Source: Dehalococcoidia bacterium (GTDB lineage Bacteria > Chloroflexota > Dehalococcoidia > Lucifugimonadales > VXLM01). From it: a stretch of 64,000 nt of DNA. Position numbers and translations under genes: made by a program. The stretch is from positions 1,604,060 through 1,668,059 of the forward strand of contig CBDFHR010000009.1 of NCBI GenBank assembly GCA_965247555.1. Reading direction: 5' to 3'. This document shows, piece by piece, positions 28,236-38,270 of the stretch (its first letter is position 1; the number at the start of each line of letters is the position of its first letter). Below the pieces are notes generated by a model. The model ran no database searches. It worked only from the letters and a program-made list of their open reading frames with translations, and was not told the origin of the DNA.

Positions 28236-30360
28236 GGCCATGGCCACGACGCCTGCAGGCTGTTTCATAACGGGAGACAAGGTGAGCGACTGCCCGTTGC
28301 GCAGCCCACACACGTGGCAGGCGCCACTCGTGGCGCCTGGTGAGTTCCCGAGCTATGCAAACTACCAGGGCCCCAGGCCGACGAAGTTCTACGAGTCGCC
28401 CATGTCATACCAGCTGGTGAAGCAGGGCAAGCTTCCTCCGATCGAGGAACGCCTGCCTCACCCCGAGGACATCAAGGTCCTTCAGCCTGTCGACGAGATC
28501 GGCGAGTACGGCGGCACCTACCGGAGCGGGTACGTCGCAGTACGCCTCTCGGAGGGTACCCTCGGGAACTGGTACGAGAGGGATGCCAACGGCACGGACT
28601 GGTATCCCTGGGTCGGCAAGTCCGCCGAGGTGAGCGCGGACGGGCGCGTCTACACCCTGAAGCTGCGCAGAGGCCTGAAGTATTCCGACGGCACGCCCTT
28701 CACCATGGAGGACATTCGCTTTGCCTGGGAGGACGTCAACTTCAACAAGGAGTTGAACCCCAACGTCAATCCGGAATATCGCGACCCTATCACCCGCAAT
28801 CCCGTCAAGTTCGCGGTGGTGGATGACCATACCTGGACACTCTCCTTCGATTCGCCCAAGTACACCCTCTTTGAGCTGAGGTCGGGCAAGAGGGGTTGGT
28901 CCTGTAGGGGCGGCAACTTCTGCTACTGGTTGCACCCCGAAAAAAAACAGTACCACGAGAAGTATGCCGATCCCGACGCGCTACAGAAGGAGATAGATGC
29001 GGCCAAGGTAGATGATTGGGTCAAGCTTTGGGATAAGAAGAATCTGTGGCGGGCAAACCCAGGCCTGGCGTGCGCAAGACAATGGTGTATATCGGCTTAT
29101 ACGGACCAGCAGGGCACTGCCTCCAGGAACCACTACTTCTTTGCGGTCGATCCCGAGGGGAACCAGCTTCCGTACCAGGATGAATACACCATGTTCGTGT
29201 GGGGGGAAGAAGAGAGCCGCGCCGTACCGGTGATCCGCGCCTTGGCGGGTGAGGAGGATGGCTTCAGCCCCTATTTCATTATGCAGGAAATGCCCCTCTA
29301 CATGAGCCACATGCAGCAAGGCGACTTTAGCCTTTACCGCTGGCCCTCGACCGGCGGCAGCGACGCTCCATTGAACTTCAACCAGACCTGGAACAACGAC
29401 AAAGAAATAGGCAAGTGGATCAGGACCAAGGAGTTCCGGCAAGCGTTGTCGCTTGCCATAGACGCGGGCGGGATAAACAACGCCGTTTTCCTGGGCGTAG
29501 GCACGGTCCAGAACTGGGTCCCGCATCCCAGCACTCCGTTCTACCCTGGGCCGGAGTACGCGCGTCTGCACACTAGGTATGACCCGGCAATGGCGAATCA
29601 GATACTGGACTCGCTGGGTCTGGACAAGAAGGACGCGCAGGGGTTCAGGCTGAGGACCGACGGGTCTGGCGAGCGCCTGGTGCTGCAGTCTGTCATCCTG
29701 GACAACGAATCCGTGTCGGTCCAGGAACTGATCAAAGGCAACTTGGCTGATGTAGGGATCGAGCTGAAGTTCAGGGTCACAAGTGCTGCGAGCGCTCTGC
29801 ATAGGAACAACGAGGAGTACAGCGGGACCTTTATAGACTACTCCGCGTATCAGGCAAACCCCTGGATGGCAGAGTGGGGCAGCCTCGTCTGCCTCCGGGC
29901 CTCCTGCAAGGTGGGGACCGAAATAGGCAGATGGCATGAAACCAAGGGCGAACAGGGGATGGCTCCTACAGGTCCGGACCCCAACTGGCTGCCTCTGGCG
30001 CCTGAAGGTGCCTTCCCTGCCGATCCGTCCGGCAACATGAAGCGGCTGATGGAATTGGAACAACAGGGCCTGGCCTACACGCGGTTGCATCCAAGGCGAA
30101 TCGAGATTGGCAAGGAGCTATTCAGGATCAACACGGAAGAGCTGTACACCATATCCACAGTGGGGTTCACGGGTAGCCGGAGGGGCGTCTACCTGAACCG
30201 CAACAACGTCAGGAACCAGCCGAGGACTCACATCAGGGACCAGCACGGGTTCGTCGCGACCGCCACCTACTACTTCGAGGATGGCATGGACAACCTGCAC
30301 CACCCCGGCAACAGGTCCAAGCGTTACAAGAGTTGGAGCTTCCTTGGTGGCGAGTATTAG
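27436..30360 (+). CDS. ABC-transporter family-5 substrate-binding lipoprotein with about 250-aa N-terminal Ala/Gln/Val repeat extension (paralogue 1)
   Basis: SD GAGGAGG. Signal peptide plus lipobox LAMGC. Degenerate repeats (..TAAEVQRLVQGAVSNAP..). The SBP_bac_5-like body follows (ESPMSYQLVKQGKLPPIEERLP...EIGEYGG...). Confidence 0.85.
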   Translation: MWSILSNLKKSVVLAPVAIILMLAMGCGTAEPAPAAVPASEIAAMVREAVQDSVPAPAEAGPSAAEIQQLIEAAVSNAPAGVTAAEVQRLVQGAVSNAPTGVTAAEVQRAVESSVQQAAAGQLTAAQVQTIVDASIRSLPAPQVDTGQLRGLVQAAVQESVPKGTSAEEIRRMVEAAVTATTAGAVTRGDMEALITKSVSDVAAGQLSTSDVEKIVAASLSATERAIEATEKAVAEAGMAAMAAQAAAEKAVEEAQMAAAAAMPAPVAMATTPAGCFITGDKVSDCPLRSPHTWQAPLVAPGEFPSYANYQGPRPTKFYESPMSYQLVKQGKLPPIEERLPHPEDIKVLQPVDEIGEYGGTYRSGYVAVRLSEGTLGNWYERDANGTDWYPWVGKSAEVSADGRVYTLKLRRGLKYSDGTPFTMEDIRFAWEDVNFNKELNPNVNPEYRDPITRNPVKFAVVDDHTWTLSFDSPKYTLFELRSGKRGWSCRGGNFCYWLHPEKKQYHEKYADPDALQKEIDAAKVDDWVKLWDKKNLWRANPGLACARQWCISAYTDQQGTASRNHYFFAVDPEGNQLPYQDEYTMFVWGEEESRAVPVIRALAGEEDGFSPYFIMQEMPLYMSHMQQGDFSLYRWPSTGGSDAPLNFNQTWNNDKEIGKWIRTKEFRQALSLAIDAGGINNAVFLGVGTVQNWVPHPSTPFYPGPEYARLHTRYDPAMANQILDSLGLDKKDAQGFRLRTDGSGERLVLQSVILDNESVSVQELIKGNLADVGIELKFRVTSAASALHRNNEEYSGTFIDYSAYQANPWMAEWGSLVCLRASCKVGTEIGRWHETKGEQGMAPTGPDPNWLPLAPEGAFPADPSGNMKRLMELEQQGLAYTRLHPRRIEIGKELFRINTEELYTISTVGFTGSRRGVYLNRNNVRNQPRTHIRDQHGFVATATYYFEDGMDNLHHPGNRSKRYKSWSFLGGEY

Positions 30361-30429
30361 TCGGAGTAACAAGGTGACAGCCTGTCCCTGCGGTCCGCCT
30401 GCGGCATAGGCGCCGGCAGGTAAGACAGG

Positions 30430-30472
30430 AAGGGCCCCGGCCAATCAGAGCTTGGCCGGGGCCCTTGATTTT
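30430..30472 (+). terminator. rho-independent terminator after SBP paralogue 1
   Basis: AAGGGCCCCGGCCAA-tcagagc-TTGGCCGGGGCCCTT followed by GATTTT. Confidence 0.8.
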
Positions 30473-30525
30473 CCCAAGAACCGATGCCGGATGAAGTAGC
30501 GCGTCTGTGGTGAGGGGGATTTGCA

Positions 30526-31615
30526 CGCGCATTGTAGACAGCACCGCTGCAAACGTAAAGGTGAACGATTTACCGCGTTGGTGTGTTCCGAGCGCCCAGC
30601 TTAAGTTGACATCGATAGGTCAATCTGATAACTGTTTATGTCACCTATTGATAAGATTCGCAATATTCTTACATTTGCTATATGTGTTTCGAAACTAATC
30701 TCGAAAAACGAATAAGTTCCCCACACGTCAAGACAGGACATAGTTCGTGCGGCAGCCCAGCGGCGAAAGTGAAGCCATCGTTAACCATGAGTTAGACGAG
30801 GAGGAAATCACATGTGGTCTATATTGTCGAACCTTAAGAAGTCAGTGGTATTGGCGCCCGTGGCCATCGTTCTGATGCTGGCCATGGGATGTGGGACAGC
30901 GGAACCCGCACCCGCACCCGTCCCAGCATCGGAAATCGCCTCCATGGTGCGAGAAGCCGTTCAAGATTCCGTGCCGGCGCCGGCCGAGGCGGGTCCGAGC
31001 GCGGCGGAGATCCAGCAATTGATCGAAGCTGCGGTTTCAAACGCGCCTGCGGGGGTGACTGCCGCCGAGGTCCAGAGATTGGTTCAAGGGGCGGTTTCAG
31101 CGGCGGTTGCAAACGCCCCGACCGGGGTGACTGCCGCGGAGGTCCAGCAAGCTGTGGAAAACTCCGTCCGCCAGGCGGCGGCCGGGCAACTCACGGCGGC
31201 CGAAGTACAAACCATCGTGGACGCGTCCATCAGGTCCCTCCCTGCGCCTCAGGTCGATACAGGGCAGTTGCGGGGCCTCGTGCAAGCAGCAGTCCAGGAT
31301 TCCGTACCCAAAGGCACGAGCGCCGAGGAGATCCAAAGGATGGTGGAAGCAGCGGTTACCGGGGCAACGGCCGGCGGGGTAACACGCGGTGACATGGAGA
31401 CGCTGATCACCAAGTCGGTGAGCGATGTTGCGGCGGGCCAGTTGAGCACGTCGGACGTCGAGAAGATCGTGGCCGCTTCCCTATCGGCGACAGAGCGAGC
31501 GATTGAGGCGACGGAGAAGGCCGTTGCCCAAGCCGGGATGGCGGCGGCGGCGGCGCAGGCGGCGGCCGAGAAGGCCGTAGAGGAAGCACAGATGGCGGCG
31601 GCAGCGGCGGTACCG
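30526..31615 (+). repeat. copy B of duplicated promoter + 5' leader + N-terminal tether module
   Basis: See copy A (27150-28235). Confidence 0.8.
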
Positions 31616-33709
31616 GCCTCAACATGCTACGTCATTGGGACCGCGGTCGACGACTGTCCGGACGTGAGTGTCCGTACCTGGCAGGCGCCCATAACGCCGC
31701 CGGGTTCGTACCCCTCCTACCTGTATGAGGGCCCCAGGCCCACGCAGTTCCAGGAATCCCCGATGTCCTATCAGCTGGTCAAGCAGGGCAAAATTCCTCC
31801 GGTGGAGGAGCGGCTGCCCGTGCCCGAGGACGTGATGGTGCTGAACGTGATGAACGAGATCGGTCAGTATGGAGGCATGTGGCGAATCACACAGACGGGC
31901 AGCGTGATCGGCGACCTGGACGACAAGGCGGACTGCATGTACCGTGAGCCGAACGAGGTCGACTCCATTCCTGAGATATGTAAGTCGTTCCAGGTGAGCC
32001 CCGACGGAACGGTGTGGACGTTCGAGCTCCGCAGGGGCGCCAATTGGTCCGACGGCGAGCCTATGACCATGGAGGACGTCCAGTTCGCATGGAATGAGCT
32101 GAATTTCAACAAGGAGTTTAACCCCATCGTTCAACCGCAGTACCGTGACGCGATCACCAACAACGAAGTCAGCTTCAACGTCGTGGACGACACGACGTTC
32201 ACCCTGACCTTCGACACACCGAGCTTCACGCTCACGGACGGCAAGTCCCAGCGCGGCTACTGGCGCAGTGGAAATGGAGGGTTCAGCTGGTATGCTCCGA
32301 AGCACTTCCTTGCCGAGTTCCACCCCGATCACAGTACCGCGGCCAAGATCACCGAGCATCTAGGGCGATACCAGCAAGAGGCCTGGACCGGGCTGATGCG
32401 GAAGGTCACCAATCCCAGGGACCCAGACATAGGGATCAAGGCGCCGAGCCTGAACGCGTGGTACCACGAGAGTATTCTCGACACCATAGGGTTCGACTCA
32501 AGGAACCATTTCTTCGTCGGCGTGGACCCCGAGGGAAACCAGCTTCCCTACATCGACAGGCGGACATCGGTACGAACGGAGGACCGTCCCGCAGCCGTCC
32601 TGCGCACGTTGGCGGGGGAGACCGACCAGAACTCCTGCCTGTCTTCGATCCCCGAGCTGCCCCTGTACGTGACGAACATGCAGAAGGGGGACTACAGTCT
32701 GTTCCACTGGCCGACGCCCGGCGGCAACGACGGGCCGGTCTCCGTGAACCACACCTACAACGCTGACCCCGAAATAGGCAAGCTGCTGCGAACGAAGGAC
32801 TTCCGCCGCGCCCTCACTCTGGGGTTCGAGAGGAGCAAGATCAACGAGAATGTCTTCCTCGGATTGGGAACGCCTCAGAACTGGGTCCCTCACCCCAGAA
32901 CGCCTTATTATCCGGGAGAGGAGCTGGCCAAACTGGAGATCGAGTTCGATCAAGCCAAGGCCAACCAAATCCTGGACTCCCTCGGTCTGATGGATACCGA
33001 TAGCGACGGGATCAGGAACCGCGCCGACGGCAAGAACATCAGCTTCCAAGTCGGAGTCAACGATGTGGAGAGCCCTGCGATCGCGGAGTTCGTAAAGCAG
33101 GACTGGGCGGATATCGGGATCGAGCTCAACTTCGATGTGGACCCCAGATGGTTCTTTAACATCAGGGACCACGGTATCTCCTACTTCGGTATCAACGTAG
33201 ACCATTCGACCTACCAGCATAACCCATGGAACGTTTCCTGGACCAGCTTGGCTCCACTCACGCCTAGGATTAATTTCCCCGAAATAGGTCGTTGGTACCA
33301 AACGAGCGGCGAAAAGGGCATGGCTCCGGGGGCCGATCCCTCCTACATGCCGCTCGCCCCTGCGGGTAACTTCCCCGCCGATCCCTCCGGCAACATCATG
33401 AAGCTGGAGAATCTCTGGCAGCAGGGCAGAAATTTCTCCATGTACAACCCTCGACGACTCGAGATTGGCAAGGAAATCTTCGGCCTGCACGCAACCGAGA
33501 AGTTTGACATACCCATGATCGCCTTCACCGGCGTTCGCAGAGGTATCGCTGTCGTGCGAAACAACTTCAGGAATGTTCCTCAGACGCACGTGAGGGACTG
33601 CTGGGGCTTCTGGCGCGAGACCTACTACTTTGAGGATGGCGTCGACAACTTCCATCATCCGGGCAATAGGTCGAAGCGGTACACCAGCACCACCTTCTTC
33701 GGCGGCTAG
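30812..33709 (+). CDS. ABC-transporter family-5 substrate-binding lipoprotein with N-terminal repeat extension (paralogue 2)
   Basis: Same SD, signal peptide, lipobox and repeat tether as paralogue 1. The binding domain is only partly conserved. Confidence 0.85.
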   Translation: MWSILSNLKKSVVLAPVAIVLMLAMGCGTAEPAPAPVPASEIASMVREAVQDSVPAPAEAGPSAAEIQQLIEAAVSNAPAGVTAAEVQRLVQGAVSAAVANAPTGVTAAEVQQAVENSVRQAAAGQLTAAEVQTIVDASIRSLPAPQVDTGQLRGLVQAAVQDSVPKGTSAEEIQRMVEAAVTGATAGGVTRGDMETLITKSVSDVAAGQLSTSDVEKIVAASLSATERAIEATEKAVAQAGMAAAAAQAAAEKAVEEAQMAAAAAVPASTCYVIGTAVDDCPDVSVRTWQAPITPPGSYPSYLYEGPRPTQFQESPMSYQLVKQGKIPPVEERLPVPEDVMVLNVMNEIGQYGGMWRITQTGSVIGDLDDKADCMYREPNEVDSIPEICKSFQVSPDGTVWTFELRRGANWSDGEPMTMEDVQFAWNELNFNKEFNPIVQPQYRDAITNNEVSFNVVDDTTFTLTFDTPSFTLTDGKSQRGYWRSGNGGFSWYAPKHFLAEFHPDHSTAAKITEHLGRYQQEAWTGLMRKVTNPRDPDIGIKAPSLNAWYHESILDTIGFDSRNHFFVGVDPEGNQLPYIDRRTSVRTEDRPAAVLRTLAGETDQNSCLSSIPELPLYVTNMQKGDYSLFHWPTPGGNDGPVSVNHTYNADPEIGKLLRTKDFRRALTLGFERSKINENVFLGLGTPQNWVPHPRTPYYPGEELAKLEIEFDQAKANQILDSLGLMDTDSDGIRNRADGKNISFQVGVNDVESPAIAEFVKQDWADIGIELNFDVDPRWFFNIRDHGISYFGINVDHSTYQHNPWNVSWTSLAPLTPRINFPEIGRWYQTSGEKGMAPGADPSYMPLAPAGNFPADPSGNIMKLENLWQQGRNFSMYNPRRLEIGKEIFGLHATEKFDIPMIAFTGVRRGIAVVRNNFRNVPQTHVRDCWGFWRETYYFEDGVDNFHHPGNRSKRYTSTTFFGG

Positions 33710-33734
33710 CTAGGTTCGTCGGACGAGGACTAGT

Positions 33735-33773
33735 AGAGGGGTCCGGGGTGTTCCCGGGCCCCTCTCTTTGTTT
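33735..33773 (+). terminator. rho-independent terminator after SBP paralogue 2
   Basis: AGAGGGGTCCGGG-gtgtt-CCCGGGCCCCTCT followed by CTTTGTTT. Confidence 0.8.
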
Positions 33774-33998
33774 CCAAGCGAATGCAGCCGTCAGCTCAAG
33801 ATAGCTTGTCGGATAGTGCCCCTTGAGAGAGTCACTCAAGTCCTCCGCTACGTGTGCGTTTGATCGCAACCGAGTGGTTGGAACATTTAATTCGGAAAAG
33901 TTCCAAAAAAGGTAACCCTTGGCCTGCTTGAAGCGATGCGTGGGTGAAGTGATAAAACTTCAAGAAGTACCGCAGGGACGATGAGGGGGAAGTGGAGC

Positions 33999-34319
33999 AT
34001 GGCGGAGACACTGAAGACGACGGACTCGGAGAAGCTGATGACCGAATATCTCGACGCGCTGCGAGGATATGCCAAGCGTGTCGTCGCGCATGGCGGAGTC
34101 CTGACACGAGACGAAGAGCGCGACAAGACCGGGCGGATGAACGAGTACATGGCACAAGGGCGCAGTATCGGCCTGAGCGACTCCGATCTCTACACACAGA
34201 TCTTCGGCGATATGGTGCAGAGAGCCGAGTCGAAGTGCGGATGCCCGACGTGCCGCAAGCGTGCCGATCGCGAGCGCGATGCAGCCTCCGGCGGCGGGAT
34301 GGCTTCCAGCGCCACCTAG
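33999..34319 (+). CDS. hypothetical protein
   Basis: ORF with ATG 33999 (MAETLKTTDSEKL...). Contains a CGCPTC motif. No family recognised. Confidence 0.45.
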   Translation: MAETLKTTDSEKLMTEYLDALRGYAKRVVAHGGVLTRDEERDKTGRMNEYMAQGRSIGLSDSDLYTQIFGDMVQRAESKCGCPTCRKRADRERDAASGGGMASSAT

Positions 34320-34711
34320 TCTTCAACCTGCCACTGGCCGGGAACTCGATAGGCCTCGTCCTCACCCGGCCACGGCGGCATCGTGACGATCAAGAACCGC
34401 AACGGAACGTCTCCCTTCGTCCTGAACTGGAAGTGAGCGCCAACCGGGATCGACAGGCTCACGCCCGGAGCCACGTCTACCACCCGTTCCTCGTCACCAT
34501 ACTTGCGCCACACCTGTCCCCTGCCCTCCAGGAAGTACCAGACCTCTTCAACGGTCTTGTGAGCGACGGGCAGGGACACCTCTCCGGGGTTCAAGGTGCA
34601 ATGGACCATGCTTCCGCGTCTCGTCGCAGACAGCAGCCGGATCTCCGAGCCGTCCGGCGCGAGTGTGTCGCAGTCTTTCGCGAGGCGTTTGTAGTCTAAT
34701 TCTTGGTTCAT
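34316..34711 (-). CDS. cupin domain protein
   Basis: Cupin_2-like core (H..VEEVWYFLEGRGQVW......PGVSLSIPVGAHFQF). Confidence 0.7.
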   Translation of the reverse strand: MNQELDYKRLAKDCDTLAPDGSEIRLLSATRRGSMVHCTLNPGEVSLPVAHKTVEEVWYFLEGRGQVWRKYGDEERVVDVAPGVSLSIPVGAHFQFRTKGDVPLRFLIVTMPPWPGEDEAYRVPGQWQVED

Positions 34712-34788
34712 GGCGGTTGACTAACTGATGAGTATGAGCTGGTCCGTGAGACGAGGCCGCTACGCACACAGAGCGCATTCCGCACGGC

Positions 34789-35943
34789 CTATTTGTTGTA
34801 CTTGATGTTCGTGAACAACGTTTCTGGGGTGTACTGCGGACGGCCGTCGGTGAACCGCTCGATGCTGAAGAAGTCGAGGCCGGCCGCATCCCCCGTAGCG
34901 ATGTAATCAGCCATGTCCACCCCAGTGGCCGGGCTGAGGATGATCCCAACGTGGTCATGGCCCGACGCTACGCTAAGGCCATCCCATCCGGGCACTGGCC
35001 CAAGAATGGGCATCCCGTCCGGCGAACCGGGGCGAATCCCCGCTCTCGCTCCGACAAACTCGGCGTCTCGAAGCATGGGGTAGACGGCCGTCGCGTTGTC
35101 GAACATGTCCTGAACGGCGGCTGTGATGCGGTGGTCGAAGACGCCCTCCTCGCGGGTGGCGGCGGCGAGCAGTGTGCCGTCGTTCTGGGGTATGACGCTC
35201 TGCACAGGCCCTGCAGGAAGGAAGCCCGGCATCCGCAACGTAATGCGCTGGCCCTTGACGGGTCGCACGGGAATGGTCTCGGGGAGCCAGCGAGCGGCCA
35301 GTCCGGTCCATGCGCCCGCGGCGAGAACGGTGTGACCCGCGTAGCAGATGTCGTTGAGCATCGTGCGAACCCCGATGACACGGCTGCCGTTGAACTCCAG
35401 ACCCGTGACCTCCGTGCGCTCCAGAATCGTGGCCCCCAGGCCGGCGGCGGCGTGGGCGAGTGAGTTGACATAGGCCTCTCCGCGAATTGAGCCTTCGTTT
35501 GGAGAGAGGACTGCACCCTGCGCGTCCGGCGTAACGTGGGGTTCGCGTTCGCGCAGCTCGTCTTGATCAATCCAGTGGACGCCCATGCCGAGTTCGCCCT
35601 GCCAGATGAGGTTATCCTGCAAGACTTCCTGCAGCTCATCGTCGAGGGCGACCTTCATTACGCCGCCCTCACGGTACTCGGGGTCGACCCCCGCCACCTT
35701 GAGTTCCTCGGTCAACTTGGGGAACATATCGAGGCTGCGCATTGCCAGTTCGAAGTATGGCTCGACGGTATGGTCGACGTACCAGATCGGCCCCACGATG
35801 CCGGCGGTAGCGCCGGACGCGCTCGATGCCAGACGATCCTTCTCGAAGACCGTGCTGGTGATGCCGCGTTTGGCGAGCTGGTAGGCAATGGAGCATCCGA
35901 TAACTCCACCACCGATGATGGCAACGTCGGTCGTTCGCGTCAT
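34789..35943 (-). CDS. FAD-dependent oxidoreductase (glycine/D-amino-acid/sarcosine oxidase-like)
   Basis: DVAIIGGGVIGCSIAYQLAKRG dinucleotide motif. DAO-family length and C-terminal HDHVGI region. Confidence 0.82.
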   Translation of the reverse strand: MTRTTDVAIIGGGVIGCSIAYQLAKRGITSTVFEKDRLASSASGATAGIVGPIWYVDHTVEPYFELAMRSLDMFPKLTEELKVAGVDPEYREGGVMKVALDDELQEVLQDNLIWQGELGMGVHWIDQDELREREPHVTPDAQGAVLSPNEGSIRGEAYVNSLAHAAAGLGATILERTEVTGLEFNGSRVIGVRTMLNDICYAGHTVLAAGAWTGLAARWLPETIPVRPVKGQRITLRMPGFLPAGPVQSVIPQNDGTLLAAATREEGVFDHRITAAVQDMFDNATAVYPMLRDAEFVGARAGIRPGSPDGMPILGPVPGWDGLSVASGHDHVGIILSPATGVDMADYIATGDAAGLDFFSIERFTDGRPQYTPETLFTNIKYNK

Positions 35944-36055
35944 ATCTCCTCACTCCGGGAAACGATGGCCGATAGTATCAGGAGACGCGCGCGGCTTTGC
36001 AAGAGTCTATTCCTGCGACTCGATGAGACAGGACGGCCGGAGGCTTCAAGTTACC

Positions 36056-36811
36056 TCAGTCGGCGGCAAGCAGGCGTTCGAGGTTTCCGGAGCATATAGC
36101 CCGCAGTTCCTCGTCGGAGAGGCCACTCCGATGGAGGCTGTAGAGCATGGGGGCCATCGGAGAGTCTGGGAAGCGCGAGCCGAACATGACGCGTTCAAAT
36201 CCGACGGCGTCGATGAGGGTGTTCACACCGTCGGGAATGAGGAATCGCGATATCTCGATGGAGAGGTTCGGCAGGCTCTTGAGCATAGGCACCGCCCACC
36301 CGACGTGGGAGTAGTGGACCTCGCTCATGACGATTTGGGTATCGGGAAACCTTTTGGCGGTGTCGTGCAAGTCTACGGGGTCGAGTTGCATTGCGTCGAG
36401 CCACAGTGGGAGCTTCTCCGAAGCGAGCCACTCCAGCCACGGACCGACCACCCAGCTACGGAAGGGGTAGCGGTGCTTCTCGGGGGCCATACGGACGGAG
36501 CGCACACTCAACTCGTGCAGGGTAGCGCCGAAGGCCTCCATGTCGTCGTAGCTGGGGTTGACCGCGAATTGTGGGATCAGCCTCGACTGGCCTCGAATCT
36601 GCTCCATGAGCAGGGTGTTGCCCTCTTCGGCGTCGAAGTCTATCGAGTGGGGCGAGTACACCAGCGCCTTGTCGACACCGGCCTTGTCCATGACGTCGAG
36701 CGTACCCTCGACCGTATCCTCGCGGACGTACCGGTCGAACCGCCTGCCCAGCGCGACGCAAGCGTCGAAGGTGGGAACCGACGACTTGAAGTGGAGGTCT
36801 ACCTCGCCCAT
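36056..36811 (-). CDS. amidohydrolase-2 family protein
   Basis: ATG 36811 is preceded by GGAGAAA. Fold-typical segments are present (ALVYSPH..., MFGSRFPD). Confidence 0.6.
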   Translation of the reverse strand: MGEVDLHFKSSVPTFDACVALGRRFDRYVREDTVEGTLDVMDKAGVDKALVYSPHSIDFDAEEGNTLLMEQIRGQSRLIPQFAVNPSYDDMEAFGATLHELSVRSVRMAPEKHRYPFRSWVVGPWLEWLASEKLPLWLDAMQLDPVDLHDTAKRFPDTQIVMSEVHYSHVGWAVPMLKSLPNLSIEISRFLIPDGVNTLIDAVGFERVMFGSRFPDSPMAPMLYSLHRSGLSDEELRAICSGNLERLLAAD

Positions 36812-37044
36812 GATTTCTCCTCGTGTACACGGGACGGAGCCAGAAGCTCGTCCCGCGCTGCTTGAAACGACCGATGGAGTGTAGCAACCGCCATGGTGCC
36901 CGTCAACCGCGCGGGAATTCACCGCTGGGGCGTCAGATCTCGCCATATGAGGAGGTGCCCATCATTCACGAGGCGTTTGTCGGGGTCACTGCCGCATCGG
37001 TCGGCAGCATGGCGGTACACTTCGGCGAGTGTTCTTAGGCCGCG

Positions 37045-38270
37045 TTGGAGGTCGGATTGGCATCTACCCAAACAAACGAGACCATTCGCTACGAGTCGGA
37101 CGAGCGGTGTCCCCTCTTCGTGTCGGTCGGAGTCGCCTTTCAAGGCATCATGCTGGTGCTGGCGCCGACGGTACTGTTCGTGGCCATCACCGTCCGCGCG
37201 GCAGGGCTGGACGACAGCTACCTCACGTGGTACGTCTTCGCGGCCCTGATCATCAATGGGGTTATCACAGCGTTACAGGCCAGCCGACTGGGATGGTTCG
37301 GGGCGGGGCATGTGGTGATTACGGGCCCAACCGTCCAGTTCGTGGTGGTTTCCGCCACGGCGTTGTCGCAGGGTGGGCCGGGAACCCTGGCGAGCCTCAT
37401 CCTCGTCTCATCAATCTTTCAGTTCGCGCTGGCGGTATGGCTGCCGTTCCTGCGACGGATCATCACCCCCGTCGTGTCCGGAACCGTGCTCATGCTGATC
37501 CCTGCCACCGTGCTACCGGTCGCGTTCGACAGGCTGAAGGAAGTACCTGAGACGACGGCGCCGGTCCGCAGGACTGATCGTCGCTATAGCGACGCTGGTT
37601 GTCGCCGTTGCTCTGGCGATGATCACTTCAGGAGGGTGGCGGCTGTGGTCTCCGCTCATCAGCATCGGGGCGGGCAGCGTGGTGGCAGTGCTGTTCGGGA
37701 TGTACGACGTTCAGCTCGTGTTCGATGCAGCTTGGGTCGGCATACCTGAGACCCGATTCCCAGGATTCGATTTGACGCCCGGCCCGGAGTTCTGGGCACT
37801 CCTGCCGACGTTCGCGATTTTGACCCTTGTACTCGGCATCAAGGCCATCAGCTATGGCGTTATCATCCAACAGAGCTCTCAGCGGGAGCCACGGACAATT
37901 GATTTCCGGCGGGTCCAGGGGACAGTCAGCGCGAACGGTGTGGGCATGGTACTGGCCGAAATCGTGGGGACGCCGCCCACCTTGGTCTATTCATCGTTCA
38001 GCTCTCGCTCATCAATTTTACAGGGGTTGCGGCGCGCAGCGTCGGATACGCTATGGGGGTAATCCTCCTCGTGCTCGCGCTCTTCCCTAAAGTGAGGGGA
38101 GTTCTGCTGATAATTCCAAGTCCTGTGATGGGAAGTTTATTGCTGATCGAGGTCGCCATGCTGTTTTGGAGGGGATACAGACCCTCGCGCGGACCGGCCT
38201 CGTTTCGAATCGATGCGTGCGTCGCCGAATCATCGCGACTACACGCGCAGTCGCTTCCTCAAAATCTAAA
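37045..38270 (+). pseudogene. nucleobase:cation symporter-2 (xanthine/uracil permease) family gene, at least 2 frameshifts and an abnormal 3' end
   Basis: The hydrophobic NCS2-like sequence continues through three track ORFs (37045-37749, 37619-38062, 38053-38454). The breaks are near 37560-37566 and 37996-38001. The last 180 bp overlap the convergent hydrolase gene and lose permease character. Confidence 0.6.
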
